The notes: generated by a model not told the origin, from the sequence alone. A stretch of DNA of 64,000 nucleotides from Eledone cirrhosa (GCA_964016885.1 OZ024741.1:273420001-273484000); one strand, 5' to 3'; counted from the first letter of the stretch, positions 1 to 15,268 are shown. Numbers and translations are program-made.

Positions 1-645
1 GTGGAGGTAGGCCTTGGGAAGATCTCGGGAGAACGGATTTGGGCGAGAGTTGATCGAAAGGTCGTCCGCATGAGCTGGTAAGGATGGGCTCAGTGGTGGA
101 AGCAGAGTAAGAGGTGAGGTGAAACTTGAGGCGGAGAGAGCGACTTAAAAAGGTGATGTGACTGTTGTATCGTGTTTTGGTGAAGATGAGGTTGGAGAGA
201 TACAGGGAGGATTGGATGCATATAGGGGGGGGGGGAGGCTGGAGGAAGCGCTTGAGAGTAGAATGGAGCTGGCGGAGAAAAGATTTGAGATTGGGCATAT
301 TGAAGGTACTAGGGTGGGAGTGAAAAATAGACGGGTGAGGAGAAGGTGGCGTAAGAAGATTGTAGTAGAGGAAAAGTGGTAGAGAATCGTGGAATATTTA
401 AATGCAAGAAGTAAAGAAAATTTCTATGATACGAAAGATTTCCTGGTGGAAGTTCAAGTGTACTCCCGGTTGGTATCCAGTTTCGGGGTGAAAAAAAAAA
501 TATATATATATAAGGAAAAGAAATCGAAAATGCAACTGGTGTGTTTTTAAGAATATTTATTTGTTTCCTTTACCGGTTTCACAGTTCTTTTCAAAAGTAG
601 AACTGGGATGGAGGGTTGGGGGTGTAATTTTTCTCTCGCATCTGG
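1..645 (-). mobile_element. Probable Penelope-like element remnant (5' region plus partial pLTR)
   Basis: 511-645 matches the pLTR of the Penelope-like element at 37830-38120/39875-40160, with a deletion in the hammerhead stem. Assignment of 1-480 rests on adjacency only. Confidence 0.4.
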
Positions 646-669
646 ATATATATATATATATATATATAT

Positions 670-2830
670 CACCTTGACCGACAAGTCTGTCGGGCGTCCA
701 TTCAGCGCCGATGGTCACAGCACGCCGTCCATTCCTCTCTGGATCGTGCTTTCCTCATCCATGTATTCCCAATCGTATTCTTAAAATCGTAACTCCACCC
801 TCGTGGAGGCCTTCCGTGTGGTCGTTTCCGCTCGCGCGGGTACCACTCGGCAACTGCACGGGTTCACCGATTATCGGTGAACCGGGCGACGTGTCCAGCC
901 CAACTGAGCTTGCTGCGCATATATTCCGTGATGACGTCCTTCACGCCGGACTTCTGTCTGATGACTTCGCTCCTGATGTGCTCTCTCAACGAGATTCCTA
1001 GCATTGATCTCTCCATGGCTCTTTGAGCCGTTACCAGCCTCTGCTCTTCTCTCTTCGTTGTAGCCCAAGTTTCACTGCCAGATAACATTGCAGGTAAAAC
1101 TGTGCTATTGAAGAGGTTGGCGCGGGTGGTCTTGTCCAACCTCCCCTTGAGCACATCCCTTATGCCGTTGAACGCCTTTCATCCGGCCCTTACTCTCCGC
1201 GAGATCTTCCTCTCAATGTCTCGGCGCATGTTCACTTCTTGTCCCAGGTAAACATATTGCTCCACCTCCTCTATTTCATCATCGCCAACCACCATTCGAC
1301 TTGTTGGTACGTTGTCGAGCCGCACGAACTTCGTTTTCATGCGGTTCATCGTGAGGCCTATTGCAGAGCTTTTGATGTCGAGCTCCGTCAGCATGTTCTG
1401 AATCTGATCCGTAGTTTCAGCGATGAGTACGACGTCATCAGCGAAACGGAGGTTAGGTAAGTATCTCGCCGTTGATGTTGACACCGCCTTGCCAGTCAAT
1501 GCCTCTGACGATCTGCTCGAGACACGCGGTGAAAAGTTTTGGAGAGATCGTATCTCCTTGCTTCACTCCCTTCTCGACCGGCACTCGTACGGGTGATGAC
1601 AGCAGAGCTGTCTGTGGTGCATCCGGAACTCGCCTCCCTGAGCAGTTCAACGTATTGCGCCTCGACTCCTTGCCTGTGCAGCGAGTTCAGCACTGCGTTG
1701 ATTTCGACGATGTCGAAGGCCTTCTCGTAGTCTACGTACGCATCTTGTACTCTTTTGCTCGCTCAAAGAGGCATCTTGTACTCTTTTGCTCGCTCAAGCA
1801 GTTGTGTCAGAGTAAATATGTGGTCCATCGTGCTGTAGTTTTTCCGTAAGCCGGCTTGCTCTCTCGGTTGCTGTTCGTCCAGATGACGTGATAACCTGTT
1901 CAGGATTATCTTCGTGAACAGCTTGCATATGGGTCGGTAGTTCTTCAGATCTTCTCTATCGCCTTTCTTGTATAGCAGGATGGTATTCGACTCTTTCCAC
2001 TGTGAGGGTATTCTTCCCTCACCCAGATAGTGTGTGAATCGCTCGGCGAGGATTTTCCAGAGCTGCTCTTCGCCTGACTTCAAGAACTCCGATGTTATGC
2101 CGTCTTTCCCTGGTGCCTTTCCGCTTTTCATCAAGCCGACGGCTCTTTCGACCTCACCGACAAGGATGGGTGGCACATTTTGTTCCTGTTGGAGTGACGG
2201 CAACGGCTGCACGTTCCCGGCAGACTTGAAGAGCTTGGTGTAGAAGTCTTCGCAAACCTTTTCCACCTCACTTTTGTCGCTGACCGGTACTCCAGCTGTG
2301 TTTTTCAGGGTCGTCACCTCCGATCTGTACATTGTCATGTCCTTCTCGCATTTCTTGAGGCTCTTCTTTTCCTTTGCGGCCTTCAGGAGCTTCTCTATCC
2401 GGTATGCCTCGAAGTCTCTCTTCAGTTGTTGACGTATCACTCTGCTGAGAAGGGAATATTCGAGGTGATCTTCAGGTGTCCTCTTCATATTCTTCCTCTT
2501 CTTAAGCAACTTCATAGTTTCCTCCGAGACTCTTCCCTTCCGCTCCCTGGGGCACACACCCTTAGCCTTCCTCAAGCACTCCTTCAGTTTCCTTATCAGT
2601 GAGTCGTAATCAGCGTCTATGCCGTCTCATTGACGCCACTTTTCCTGCGCCTCATTGAAGACCCGGACGCGTTCTCCCTTCGACGCCAAATGCAGCGCCT
2701 TCTTCTCCCTCATCCGGTCGATGACGACCTACGCTCTCACCAGATGATGATCACCGCCAGTGTTGAATGGCGTTATGACGGAGACGTCCTGTAGTATGCC
2801 TCGCTTGTCGACCAAGATGTAGTCAATCTC
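670..2830 (-). mobile_element. RTE-clade LINE, 3' portion (end of APE endonuclease plus reverse transcriptase), frameshifted
   Basis: Motifs: EIDYILVD..GDHHLV, KAPGKDGITSE, YKKGDREDLKNYRPI, EQAGLRKNYSTMDHIF, YEKAFD, GVKQGDTISPKLF, LRFADDVVL, YVYLGQ, WAGHVAR. The 3' end abuts (TA)n. Confidence 0.93.
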
Positions 2831-2860
2831 TGCAAAATCCTACTGCAAAATCCTACTTCA

Positions 2861-4122
<1,262 letters not shown>

Positions 4123-4130
4123 ATATATAT

Positions 4131-5050
4131 ACTAGCGACCTCCCGGCCTTCTCCTCGGTCTATATAGTGCTCAAATCTATTCTTAAGGCATCTATTGTCA
4201 TTTGTTGTAATGTCCATTTTCTTTAGAATAAAAGATGTTAAAAGGTATTTAAATACTGCCTAACATAATTGTAAAGATTTATTTAGAATATCTAAATACA
4301 GAAAGTAATAAAGAAAATCATAGAAAACTGTATTTTACGAATATCATAAAATATTTACAGAACTTCAGTATATAGAATGTTTTTTTTTGTGGGGTGGGGG
4401 GTGGGGGTGGGTGTGGGTGTGGGTGTGGGTGGGTGTGGGGGTGGGGAGGAGATATGAAGAGTCTGTGGGGTCTTCCTAGTTTGGAATAACCTACGCACAA
4501 TTGACCAAGTGAGAAACAAGTGTTTGAACTTCGGACTGGTTGATAGTCATTGTGTAACTGACTCTCACTGGGAATTGAAATCATTTGAAACGAAAGGGGA
4601 CATCTGTTGGTATTAGCGGCTTTCTATGTAGAAATGTCATGTCTCCCTTACTACATCCAGTGAGAATTTTGGCTTCTATAATGTGAGGCTGTAGTTCAGT
4701 GACAACCATACGTGTCCCATTGAATAATGTTGGCTAACCGAGGTTTCTGAGAAACATGATGAATGTGTCCTTCTTCAATTAAAGTTTGAATGGCAGCATA
4801 CTCGACGGTTTCACACAGTTGAGAAATTCAACGAGATAATGAACAGCTTCATCCTCGTCAACAACTTTGTCAATATATTTATAGGTCTGGTTACCTCCAG
4901 GGATAATTTGTGAGAGATTTTGTTGATGGCATTCACTGTAATGTTTGCGGAGCAAGGATTGCTCTTTCACACAGCCACTCCTCATTGGAAAGGTGGATTT
5001 TCAAATTGGGGGACACTTAATTAAAATTACAATACTTTCCACAACATTAC
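4131..5050 (-). mobile_element. Helitron remnant (PIF1-type helicase fragments plus 3' terminus)
   Basis: HYLVEFLNCVKPSSMLPFKL followed by FLRNL..NGT, and CFSLGQLCVGYSKLG (degenerate FSHGQLYV.SR). The minus-strand end is a GC-rich subterminal segment followed by CTAG|T. Confidence 0.7.
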
Positions 5051-5074
5051 AAAACGACCTTCAATATCAAGGAT

Positions 5075-5170
5075 GAGGTTAACTTTGCCTTTCATCCTGT
5101 CGATAAAATAAAGTACCAGTAATGCACTGGGTAATTGCTGGCCTTGTGCCAAAAAGTAGAAACAATTATC
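5075..5170 (+). mobile_element. SINE family A, partial (another partial copy at about 5630-5716)
   Basis: ggttaactttgcctttcatcc..gtcgataaaataaagtaccagtaatgcactgg..ggccttgtgccaaaa. Confidence 0.75.
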
Positions 5171-6149
5171 AAGGGATTGCTTTTCTATAAATTTATACGG
5201 CTGAGAGGTGCTTATCTGTAACTCGGAGGGTCACTATCCTTTCCTACTTCTGTTATTCACACTCAAGAAATCTCCGAGGGTTCCCCGCTCAAGCCTCCGT
5301 TCCGCTTGAAGGCAAGAAGGCGATTGCAAGCATTTCGGAAGTCAAATTAATTAAAAACACATAAAAAACATTCTTCGCGATGCCCAGCGGGTGCTATTCT
5401 ATAAATATAAATGGCTGAGAAGTGTTTATCTGTAACTCCAAGGGTCCATCCCCGCCTCCCTTTCAGGAAAAAGAAGTCGTTCGAAAATAAACGAAAAAAC
5501 TTAAAAAAGAAAAGAATTCCCACAGACAAAATCTCCGAGGTTGGTAAAATTTAGCTGAAATTCAGCTGAAATCACCTTAATTATTACCAATTTTATTTAG
5601 TGTTATTAGTGGCCAATGTACAAACAGGTTAAATTTGCCTTACGGGGTCGATAAAATAAAGTACCAGTAATACAATGGTTATTTGCTGGCCTTGTTCCCA
5701 AAGTAGAAACAAGTATTATATATACGTGTGTGTGTGCATGCGAGTATACACACACACACATAGATATATATGTATATATATAGATGGCTTCTACGGGACA
5801 AGAACTGTTTCATTCGAACGAAATCATCATGAAAGTGGTGGTCGAGTTTGGTCAGCATGGTTTGTTGATGTAATATATTAAGTAGCTTACTTACTGTGGT
5901 TAACTCCGATTGAACCCGGAACTCTCTCTCTCTGTCTCTCTCTCACACACACACGCGCGCGCGCACACACACACACACACAGACATACATTCTCTTTTAC
6001 TCTTTTACGTGTTTCAGCCATCCGGCTGAGGCCATGCTGGGGCAGACATATATATATATATGTACATTTATATATATATATATATAATTCAAGGGTAAGA
6101 TACTGTCTACACTAGACAAATGTATCGACATTATGTGTGTTTGTACGCA

Positions 6150-6290
6150 TAGTTACGTCCCTTTACTATCTGAGTTCAAATCCTGCCGAGGTTGACTTTG
6201 CCTTTCATCCTTACGGGGTCGATAAAATAAAGTACCAGTAATGTACTGGGATAATTACTGGCCTTGTGCCTAAAGTAGAAACAATTATGT
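6150..6290 (+). mobile_element. tRNA-derived SINE family A (MetaSINE-like central domain), 5' truncated
   Basis: B box GAGTTCAAATCC followed by GTTGACTTTGCCTTTCATCCTTACGGGGTCGATAAAATAAAGTACCAG. More than 15 copies in the window. Confidence 0.85.
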
Positions 6291-6367
6291 GTGTTTGTAC
6301 GATTTTACAGGCGCAATGGTATAAGAAGATCTGAGAGAAAAGTTGTTATAAGATCGATTCTTACCAT

Positions 6368-6431
<64 letters not shown>

Positions 6432-6443
6432 GCGCGCACACAC

Positions 6444-6501
<58 letters not shown>

Positions 6502-6844
6502 TAGACGGACCTAGCAGAGGTATCACTGCCAGGACCGGTTGCATCTCAGCGTACTCAATAAGTAATGTTAAATAAACTCCCAGAGTATACACACAGTTAT
6601 TCACTTCTATACAACACACGTAAACTGGTAGCTACAGTAGTTCCCCAACTTGATATATATATATATATACATAGAAGAATTGCCAAAGAAAGATCGGATA
6701 ACAAACCAAAGAACTTACATAAATGGTAAAATTACGATTATTTTCAAATTGGATAGCAAGTAAAAACACAAAAAAACCTACACTCTCTCCCTCTCTCTCT
6801 CCATCTTTCTCTCTTTCTCTCTCTCACTCTCTCTCTTTCTCTCT

Positions 6845-6923
<79 letters not shown>

Positions 6924-7217
6924 TCCCTCTCTGTCTTTTTCTTTCTCTCGCTCTCTCCACTTTTTTTTAGTGAGAAAGAGACATATATACAGACAGAGGC
7001 ATATAGGGACATAGAGAGAGAGACAGAGTGTGCTATAGGGTTCAGACAACTGACCTATCTAAACAAATCATTTGCAGGTTATTCTGTAAACACACTCTGT
7101 ACATTGAGATCTTGTGTGTCTTTTAAAAACTATTAAATAAATTGGGAAATACACGAGATATCATAGTGTATAATATTTATCGAACCCTCGTTCGTCTTTT
7201 ACGATGGCATAGTTCAC

Positions 7218-7333
<116 letters not shown>

Positions 7334-7341
7334 CACACGCG

Positions 7342-7376
<35 letters not shown>

Positions 7377-7623
7377 TATGTGTACATAATTTATACGAGT
7401 CGTATATGTATGTATGATTATATATATAAGAGGAAAGCACAAACGGCGGACGATCCCTTCATCAGTTGTCTGCTGGAGTTTTGTCTTTAATACGTTGAAA
7501 CATCCGTGATCACCAACAGACAACTGATGAAGAGATCGTCCCCCGTTTGTGCTTCCCTCTTATTTTTAAATACACTTTATCAAGTAAACCACACAGCTCT
7601 CTGTTTCTTCCAAATATATATAT

Positions 7624-7822
7624 CTGATGAGGTCACAGAATGTGTGACGAAAGAACTTTGACAATATATGAACAACCGTCCGGTTGTGGAACCAACCAAC
7701 CATCCAACCGGAAATTTATAAATTTCTTAAATTTATAATTTAATTTATAATAAATTGGAGTGAAAGCATCTGGTGCGTGTGTTTCTTATTGGCAAAATGA
7801 CCCTCCCAAAGTATAACAATAT
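7624..7822 (+). mobile_element. 3' terminal module of the Penelope-like family at 9481-10783, beginning with a hammerhead-like motif
   Basis: CTGATGA-G-GTCACA/TGTGAC-GAAAG at 7624-7653. Terminus atgaccctcccaaagtataacaat is shared with 9481-9505 (reverse complement). Confidence 0.6.
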
Positions 7823-7878
7823 CGGTTTCAACACACGGTTTCAGATAAAGAATCTTGCTAAACAAATTCAGAAACGAA

Positions 7879-8293
<415 letters not shown>

Positions 8294-8332
8294 ACCTCAT
8301 TATACAATGCTTCAAGTGAACTATAACTTCCT

Positions 8333-8383
<51 letters not shown>

Positions 8384-8836
8384 AACGAAAAATGGCGTGC
8401 TATGTTGTTGCAAATGTGATATAAAAATGAAGAATTAGAAATAGAAGCCAGGACTATCCATCATCAGTGGTCTACTAGCCATCATAGGTATTTCTTCGCA
8501 TTAAAGACCAGATACCCCAGGCTAGCGCAAACAATAACTAAAATAAGTTATTGGGATAAAAAATATTGGGTGGAGAAAGAGAGACAGGTAAATAAACACG
8601 AATGGTGAGGCAACGTAAAGAGAGGAAAAAATGAGAAAATCAAGTCAATGATTCATTTAAACATAAGCACTTGCGAATATTGATGAGAAGAGGAAAGACA
8701 CATCTTAACTGTGCGAAAAGTAAGCGAAGAAAGAATTTCGCACGGTGTGGGACGATGGCGGAAGTGAGGGAGAGGGTGAGTAGCATAGAGTGAGTGAGTG
8801 AAAGTGTGAGGAAGAGACTAGCCGAGAGAGGCTGAC

Positions 8837-8879
<43 letters not shown>

Positions 8880-9273
8880 TTATTATGTGAGTAACTTGTG
8901 GTTACTAACGGCAACGCTGGTCGAAGCACTCGATGCTGTTACAGGGTTCATCTCTCGTTGGGTTGTGCTCCAGGTTTAAGATGGCTGTAGTTTGCAGTGT
9001 GAAAATATAGAGTGACAATAGGAAGTCAGATTTGCAGCTTGTTATAAAACATTATTGCATATTACAATTGTTTCAATGTCAATAAGCTCTTCTTTGATCA
9101 GGTGATTAGATCGCGACTATTAATCGACACCTCTTCTGATATGCTAGTGTACATCCAAAGTGTTGAAATGTGCTCTCAGATCTGATCGCCTGATCAAACC
9201 CCGAGATTATCAATAACGAAATAATTGTAATTGTAATATGCAATGAAGTTTCGTAACAAACTGCAAATCTCTT

Positions 9274-9387
<114 letters not shown>

Positions 9388-9437
9388 AGTACGTATGTAT
9401 ACGTACATACATATATGTATACAGACGTACAGTAGCA

Positions 9438-9480
<43 letters not shown>

Positions 9481-9486
<6 letters not shown>

Positions 9487-10783
9487 ATACTTGGGGAGGG
9501 TCATATTTGTGTAATATTGCCAGAATTAATAACAGAACACACTCACTGTTTGGTTGGTTTTCGCTTCTCGCTGTCTTTTATATCTGCGATCTAACTTAAT
9601 CGGTCCTCAATGTTGCCATTGACTGACCGGCGGTCAAAAATAATACAGATACAATATAGACACAAACACATATATATAGTTTACATAATTTACATAAATC
9701 TTTCGTTGCACATCTGCAACATCGTCAGTGGTGTTATATTCATTGTTCCTCCTGTTGTGTTGTATGTCTACGCCATTTTTTATTCAGTCTGTCTATATAT
9801 TTATTTATTTATTTGCTTGTTTGTTTATCTTATTTTATTTTGTCTTCTTTGCGCATGCGTTTGCGTGTGTGTATAGTGTTATGTGTGCTGTGTGACTAGT
9901 GTGTATAGTGTTGTGTCTGCTGGGTGACTAGTGTGTGTTTATGTGCTTGTTGTTATTGTGCTTGTGTATGTATTTATTTATCTTATTTTATTTTATTTTA
10001 TTTACTTATTTATACTTCTCTTAGGTCAGTGTTGTTTGTTTGGGTGTTGTTGTTGTTCCACTCATTCTTTCTGTTTAGCTTTGTTCTTCTAATTTCTATT
10101 TCACTGGCCTCTCTGATTTGCCTATCTGCTGGGTCATTCCTATGTTTAGATATTATTCTAATTCCTATGTTGTCTATGTTACCGTCATGTTGTTGTCTAG
10201 CATGTTCGTATAGTACTGACCCGTTTTTTCGTCCTTTTAGTTCCCCCCAGTGTTGGTCTGTCCTTTCACCTATGCTACGAGCTGTCTCACCTATGTATGT
10301 TGTTGTCATGTTTCTGCAAGTACCCTCTGTACATCTTATGCTATAGACTACGTTTCTAGTTTTACAGTTTATCCGGGGGTTCACCTTACATATGATACAT
10401 TTCCTATTGGTACAGTGGGTTTTCTTAAAAGGGTAGGTTTTGCTGATCAGGGATTTTATGGTGGTTCCTGGCTTTTCTACCACCTTTATTTTTAAGTGGG
10501 TCTTTCTCAGGGCCTTTCTACACTGGTTAGCTAATTTCCCTCCAGGGGTGGCGTCCACAAACATGACACTCTGATATCTCTGGTTGTCGTACCATGATGT
10601 GGCCTTCCCTATCTTATGTCTAGCCCTATCTAAGCTATTCCATGATTTGCTCCTGTATAGTGGGCAAATTCCTTTCAAAAATAAAGGTGGTAGAAAAGCC
10701 AGGAACCACCATAAAATCCCTGATCAGCAAAACCTACCCTTTTAAGAAAACCCACTGTACCAATAGGAAATGTATCATATGTA
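9481..10783 (-). mobile_element. Penelope-like element, 5'-truncated, C-terminal GIY-YIG endonuclease (possibly Naiad-like), with inverted 5' duplication
   Basis: ORF 10010-10678 contains VMFVDATPGGKLA, CTNRKCIIC, NVVYSIRC, YIGETARSIGER, HARQQH and RQIREA..LN. 10678-10783 is an inverted copy of ~10388-10492. Confidence 0.85.
9693..9730 (-). ncRNA. Minimal type-I hammerhead-like motif in the PLE 3' region
   Basis: CA-CTGACGA-T-GTTGCA-gatg-TGCAAC-GAAAG-at-TTA-TG. Confidence 0.55.
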
Positions 10784-10920
10784 CTTTATTTTATCGACCC
10801 CGAAAGGAGGAAAGGCAAAGTTAACCTTGGCGGGATATGAACTCAGATCATAAAGGGCCGTAACTCTTTGCTGCAAAGCATGGCGTCTGACTCTCTACTG
10901 ATACTGCCAATCCACCACCC
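10783..10920 (-). mobile_element. SINE family A
   Basis: Reverse complement of the family A head and body. Confidence 0.8.
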
Positions 10921-11580
10921 TTCGGAGTTAAGAATAATGTAAATAAATTAGTAGAACGAAAATGACAGAGGTTATAAAAGTAATAATAACTAAATAAATA
11001 CATACACACAACTATATACAACATGCACGTGCGTACGCGAAAACATACGCCATGCATGCATATACAAGCACGTACACATAAAGACACGTACATGTACATA
11101 AACACGCGCAGCACATGTACCCGCACACATACGAACGTATACACTAAATACACATATAAAAATATGTGTGTGTGTGTGTGTATACATATAATTTTATAAA
11201 CGTATATGAAGTACACACATAAATACGTATATAACGCACACACACACACACATACAGGTAAATACACAAATGTTCACCAAAACACAAAGTACACATATAC
11301 ACACCTTACAAACATGAAAACACGCATACACGCATACACACACAAACACGAAATACACATATACACATAACCATATACACACGTACCAGTATATATAATA
11401 TATACACCTATAACAACTACAAGCATATATACGTACGAGAAAGTATACGTACCTCCACAAAACATACGAGTAAGGTATACTTATCTATACAAATACAGGG
11501 AAGTTTTATGCAATTTGTGTTTACAAGCTGAAATTGCCTCAGATTTTTTGTTTAAGATGTACCAAGGATTTCACACATTT

Positions 11581-11611
<31 letters not shown>

Positions 11612-11615
<4 letters not shown>

Positions 11616-11812
11616 AACAGAGTCAGGACCCCGACGGCTGAGCTCCGGCCGTACGACAGCTAGATCTGAAAGTGTTCAGATCTAGCTGTCGAAACGGCCG
11701 GAGCTCAACCGTCAGAGTCGTAACTCTTTTCCTATTACCCACTCTACTACCCTAAGTATCGAGTACTCTGGTGCGTTATTCTCCACCTGGTTCCTTACCA
11801 CACTTTCTTTGT
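11612..11812. mobile_element. Fold-back element, family copy 2
   Basis: Long hairpin gacggctgagctccggccgt.cgacagctagatctgaa-agtg-ttcagatctagctgtcg.aacggccggagctc. Confidence 0.75.
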
Positions 11813-11822
11813 TATATATATA

Positions 11823-12030
11823 TGGAGGCGTGTGGCTGAGTGGTTAGAGAATTGGATTCGCAATCGTGAGGTTGTGAGTTCGATTCCCGGACCAGGCGAT
11901 GCGTTATGTCCTTGAGCAAGACACGTTATTTCACGTTGCTCCTTCAACCTGGAGTTGCGACCGATAGAGAGTATTAGCAATTAGAAAGACCAATGGAAAC
12001 ATCGTTTCCTCGGTCCGATTTGACAAAAAA
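11823..12030 (+). mobile_element. tRNA-derived SINE family B (CORE-like; resembles octopus OR-type SINEs)
   Basis: A box TGGCTGAGTGG, B box GAGTTCGATTCCC and CORE-like TGTCCTTGAGCAAGACAC. Other copies at 19978-20138 (-), 48575-48850 and 52450-52680. Confidence 0.85.
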
Positions 12031-12208
12031 AGTGACATATATCCCTGTATATGTCACTGTTGTAATTAATTATACTACTCTCGTCCTATGGACTAAGTTG
12101 TCTTACCCTTGGATATTTCTACCAATCTTGTACTACAGTATAAACACACACACACACACACACACATTATACATGCGTGTGTGTCTATGTATCTATATAT
12201 GTATGTAT

Positions 12209-12680
12209 GTCTCATGGTCGGGTCGTCGGCAACTAAACCGACAACCCCACCAAGCTGATGAGGAGTGTGATATTTAGACATCCTGCAGGATGAAATACAA
12301 GACCCGTCAAAGGGCGGAGGAACTCAGCAGAGTCAATGACCATCCAAATAGTATTTTATTTTTACCTGGGAGTGAAAGGCCCCCAGTTGTTGTCACAACA
12401 CCTTTCTAGGAGAAGGAAACTCTGAAAAAAAAAAAAAACCTGGGGCTTCGGAAGCATCCGATGATATTGACCAGTTTTCCTTTTCGGGTAGTGTTTTCGA
12501 TGCTCAGAGAGTGCGATAGGTCAAGTGCAAGGTCTTTCTCACTTAAAAAAACCTTCAAAGCCCAGGCATTGCTTGTTCAGGTTATGTTACAGGTTTGTGT
12601 GGCTGGCCGTAGCCTAAAAGTGCACCAAACTCTACAATCTGACAAGCGATTGCAATACTTTTAGCAGAGTTTGCATCCAT
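12209..12680. mobile_element. Non-coding (TATG)n-targeted element, copy 1
   Basis: Homologous to 12765-13334 and 15340-15548 (ctcatggtc.ggtcgt, gacatcctgcagga, ctaggagaaggaaa.ctctga, caggcattgc). Each copy is bounded by (TATG)n. Confidence 0.65.
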
Positions 12681-12764
12681 TATGTATGTATGTATGTATG
12701 TATGTATGTATGTATGTATGTATGTATGTATGTATGTATGTATGTATGTATGTATGTATGTATC

Positions 12765-13334
12765 CCAGTACAACCTGTCTCATGGTCAGGTCGTTGGCGA
12801 CTAAACTGGCAACCCCACCAAGGTTTCTTGGTGAGGAGGGTGACTTTGGACATCCTGCAGGACTAAAAACAAAACCTGTCAAAAGAGCAAAGGAGCTCTT
12901 CAGAGTCAATGGCCATCCAAAATCACCGGGAGAGATGACCCCTTAGCCTTTGTCAAGGCAGAATTCTAGGAGAAGGAAAACTCTGATGTAACAACTGCAA
13001 CCCTGATGGTATCCAATGATGTTGACTTGTTCTTCTTTTTGGTAAATATCATCTTGGTTAAGAGAGTGGGACTGGCTTTGTGCAGTGCCTTTGCTCACTA
13101 TAAAAGCTTCACGGCACAGGCATTGCTTTGTATCTGGAGATCACTCTGCACTTGTCGTCACATGGTACCATGGGCCCAGCACTATGTGTCAATAATTGTC
13201 ACAAATGTAGTGTTTGTACCAGTTTTCAAGTCGCTGGCTGAAATAAAACTCCCACACGTTCAGCGCATCGGTAGGGGTTCTCCTACATGGATATAAAGTA
13301 GTGGCCGTACGCGAAAACGAGTTGGCAGCCACCA
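12765..13334. mobile_element. Non-coding (TATG)n-targeted element, copy 2
   Basis: Same conserved blocks as 12209-12680. Confidence 0.65.
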
Positions 13335-13424
13335 TGTATGTATGTATGTATGTATGTATGTATGTATGTATGTATGTATGTATGTATGTATGTATGTATG
13401 TATGTATGTATGTATGTATGTATG

Positions 13425-14609
13425 TTCTTCCGGTTTTATAATTTCACAAAGTTTTACCAATAGAGAGAGAGTCGGTTTCTAACATAGACACAAGGCTCTC
13501 TCATTGGAATTTACACAACATCAACTAGGTAGATATGTATGTATGCATGTGTAGATATGGATGTTATTGTATGTGTGGATGAGTATGTTTTGAGTTGTAT
13601 GTGTGCATGTGTATATGCTTTGTATCTGTACATGTGTATATGCAGTTATTAGATGCAACATTTTTGGAATGTTTTACATATTTTTACTGTTCCATTAATG
13701 GATTGTACTTGTAGTTTCCTAACTAGTTGTGTTCTTTCTGTTCATGTGAAGCCTAGCTTCTCAAGATTTGTATTGAGGCAGTTACTAACATACCCCAGTG
13801 CCCCAATAATCACAGGCATAAATCTGAAGGTGTAATCAGGGTGGAGTATCTGCAGATTTCTCATCAGTTCTGCATAAATCTTCTCCTTTTCACTAATCTT
13901 TGATATTATATTGGCATCTGCTGGGCAGCTAATTTCCACTACTGTGCATGTTTTCTTCTCCCTGTCCCATATCATAATATCTGGTCTGTTATGCCTGCAT
14001 TTTATTGGGGTTTTTACTGGAACATTCCACCAGTACTCTTTCATATTATGTACATGGATGTCTTCCACATTGTTGTAGCTTTTAATGTGTTTATTATCGG
14101 GGCTATCTTTTTTACGAACTGCATTGTACAGTGTTTTGGCCACTACATCATGCCTCATAGGTAGATAGTACCGCGATGACATCTTTGGACAGCTGCTGAT
14201 GACATGGGTGATATCCTCGATGTTAGTTCTGCAGAGTCTGCACTTGTTATCACATCTAGGTGATTTGCCTGCATCCCTATCTCTTTTGTGAATCAGGTAT
14301 TTCGTGCTAATCTCCTGTTCCTGGATTGCAAAAGCGTATCCTTCAAAGTGGGAGCCAATATAGCGGTTGTTGGTCCAAGATAGACTACTTTCCTTATCTA
14401 TATTACTCTCACTCTGGAGCTTCCTGGCAACATGTCCATGCATGATTTTTTGATGATAGGCATGCAGTTTTTCATCCATGGATTCACTGCGATACTGCTG
14501 AGCGACATCCCTGGGTGTGAGTTTTTGATTATCACACAGGGAATATCTCTCAAGGAGTTCCTTCCCAACTCTCATGATCTTATCTGTTTCATGCAGATAG
14601 ACTTGCTCG
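13425..14609 (-). mobile_element. R4/Dong-like non-LTR retrotransposon, 5'-truncated (CCHC knuckle, REL endonuclease, 3' UTR)
   Basis: FAIQEQEIST, CRLCRTNIEDITHVISSC, RHDVVAK, HNRPDIMIWD, VVEISCP, EKEKIY, PVIIGALG. Premature stop at 13742. Flanked by (TATG)n. Confidence 0.9.
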
Positions 14610-14677
14610 TATGTATGTATGTATGTATGTATGTATGTATGTATGTATGTATGTATGTATGTATGTATGTATGTATG

Positions 14678-15268
14678 TTTTCTCTTTCTCTTAATTTCGA
14701 GTATATTTTTTTGACCGACCACCTTCCTGGTGGCAAGGTTGTAAAAGAAAAGAAATTGTCATCCCTTGAATCGCAAGAATGTTTTGCAAATTTTGAAGGT
14801 GCCAGCTATCGCAGCCATTTGTAGACTATGAATTAGGGAGCTGCGCTTTTTGTCCGCAAATCCAAGTTCAGTCATACTTTGGTCCAAGCGGGTTGGTATA
14901 TAACCCGTAGCACCATAATGATGGGTATGAAGCTAAAGGTGTATCTTGGATACTGGATTTGTAAACTCCTCATCAATGGTCCGTAGATGTCCTCCTTCTC
15001 CTGTATTTTTCTGACAACGTTTACATCAAGTGGGCAGCTGATCTCCACAACAGAACACGTTTTCAATGTGTGGTCCCAAACTACAATATCAGGCCGGTTG
15101 TGCTTTAATTTGGTGGCAGTTTTTATTTTCAGGTTCCACCAGTATTCCTTAGTGCCATCTGTCTCAATATAATCTTCCTCGTTTGTTGTTAATTTTGTTT
15201 TCCGAAGTGCGTTCCAGATGGTTCTAGCTATCCCATCGTGTCTCATGGGGAGGTAGTAGCGAGATGAC

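Noticed and set aside
7425-7565. Hammerhead in the inverted repeat around CTGATGAAG (also the CTGATGA at ~8460)
   Set aside because: The inverted arms are real, but no GAAA or NUH follows the putative stem II.
11823-11900. tRNA gene
   Set aside because: The A and B boxes run into a SINE body repeated elsewhere, with no complete cloverleaf or acceptor stem.
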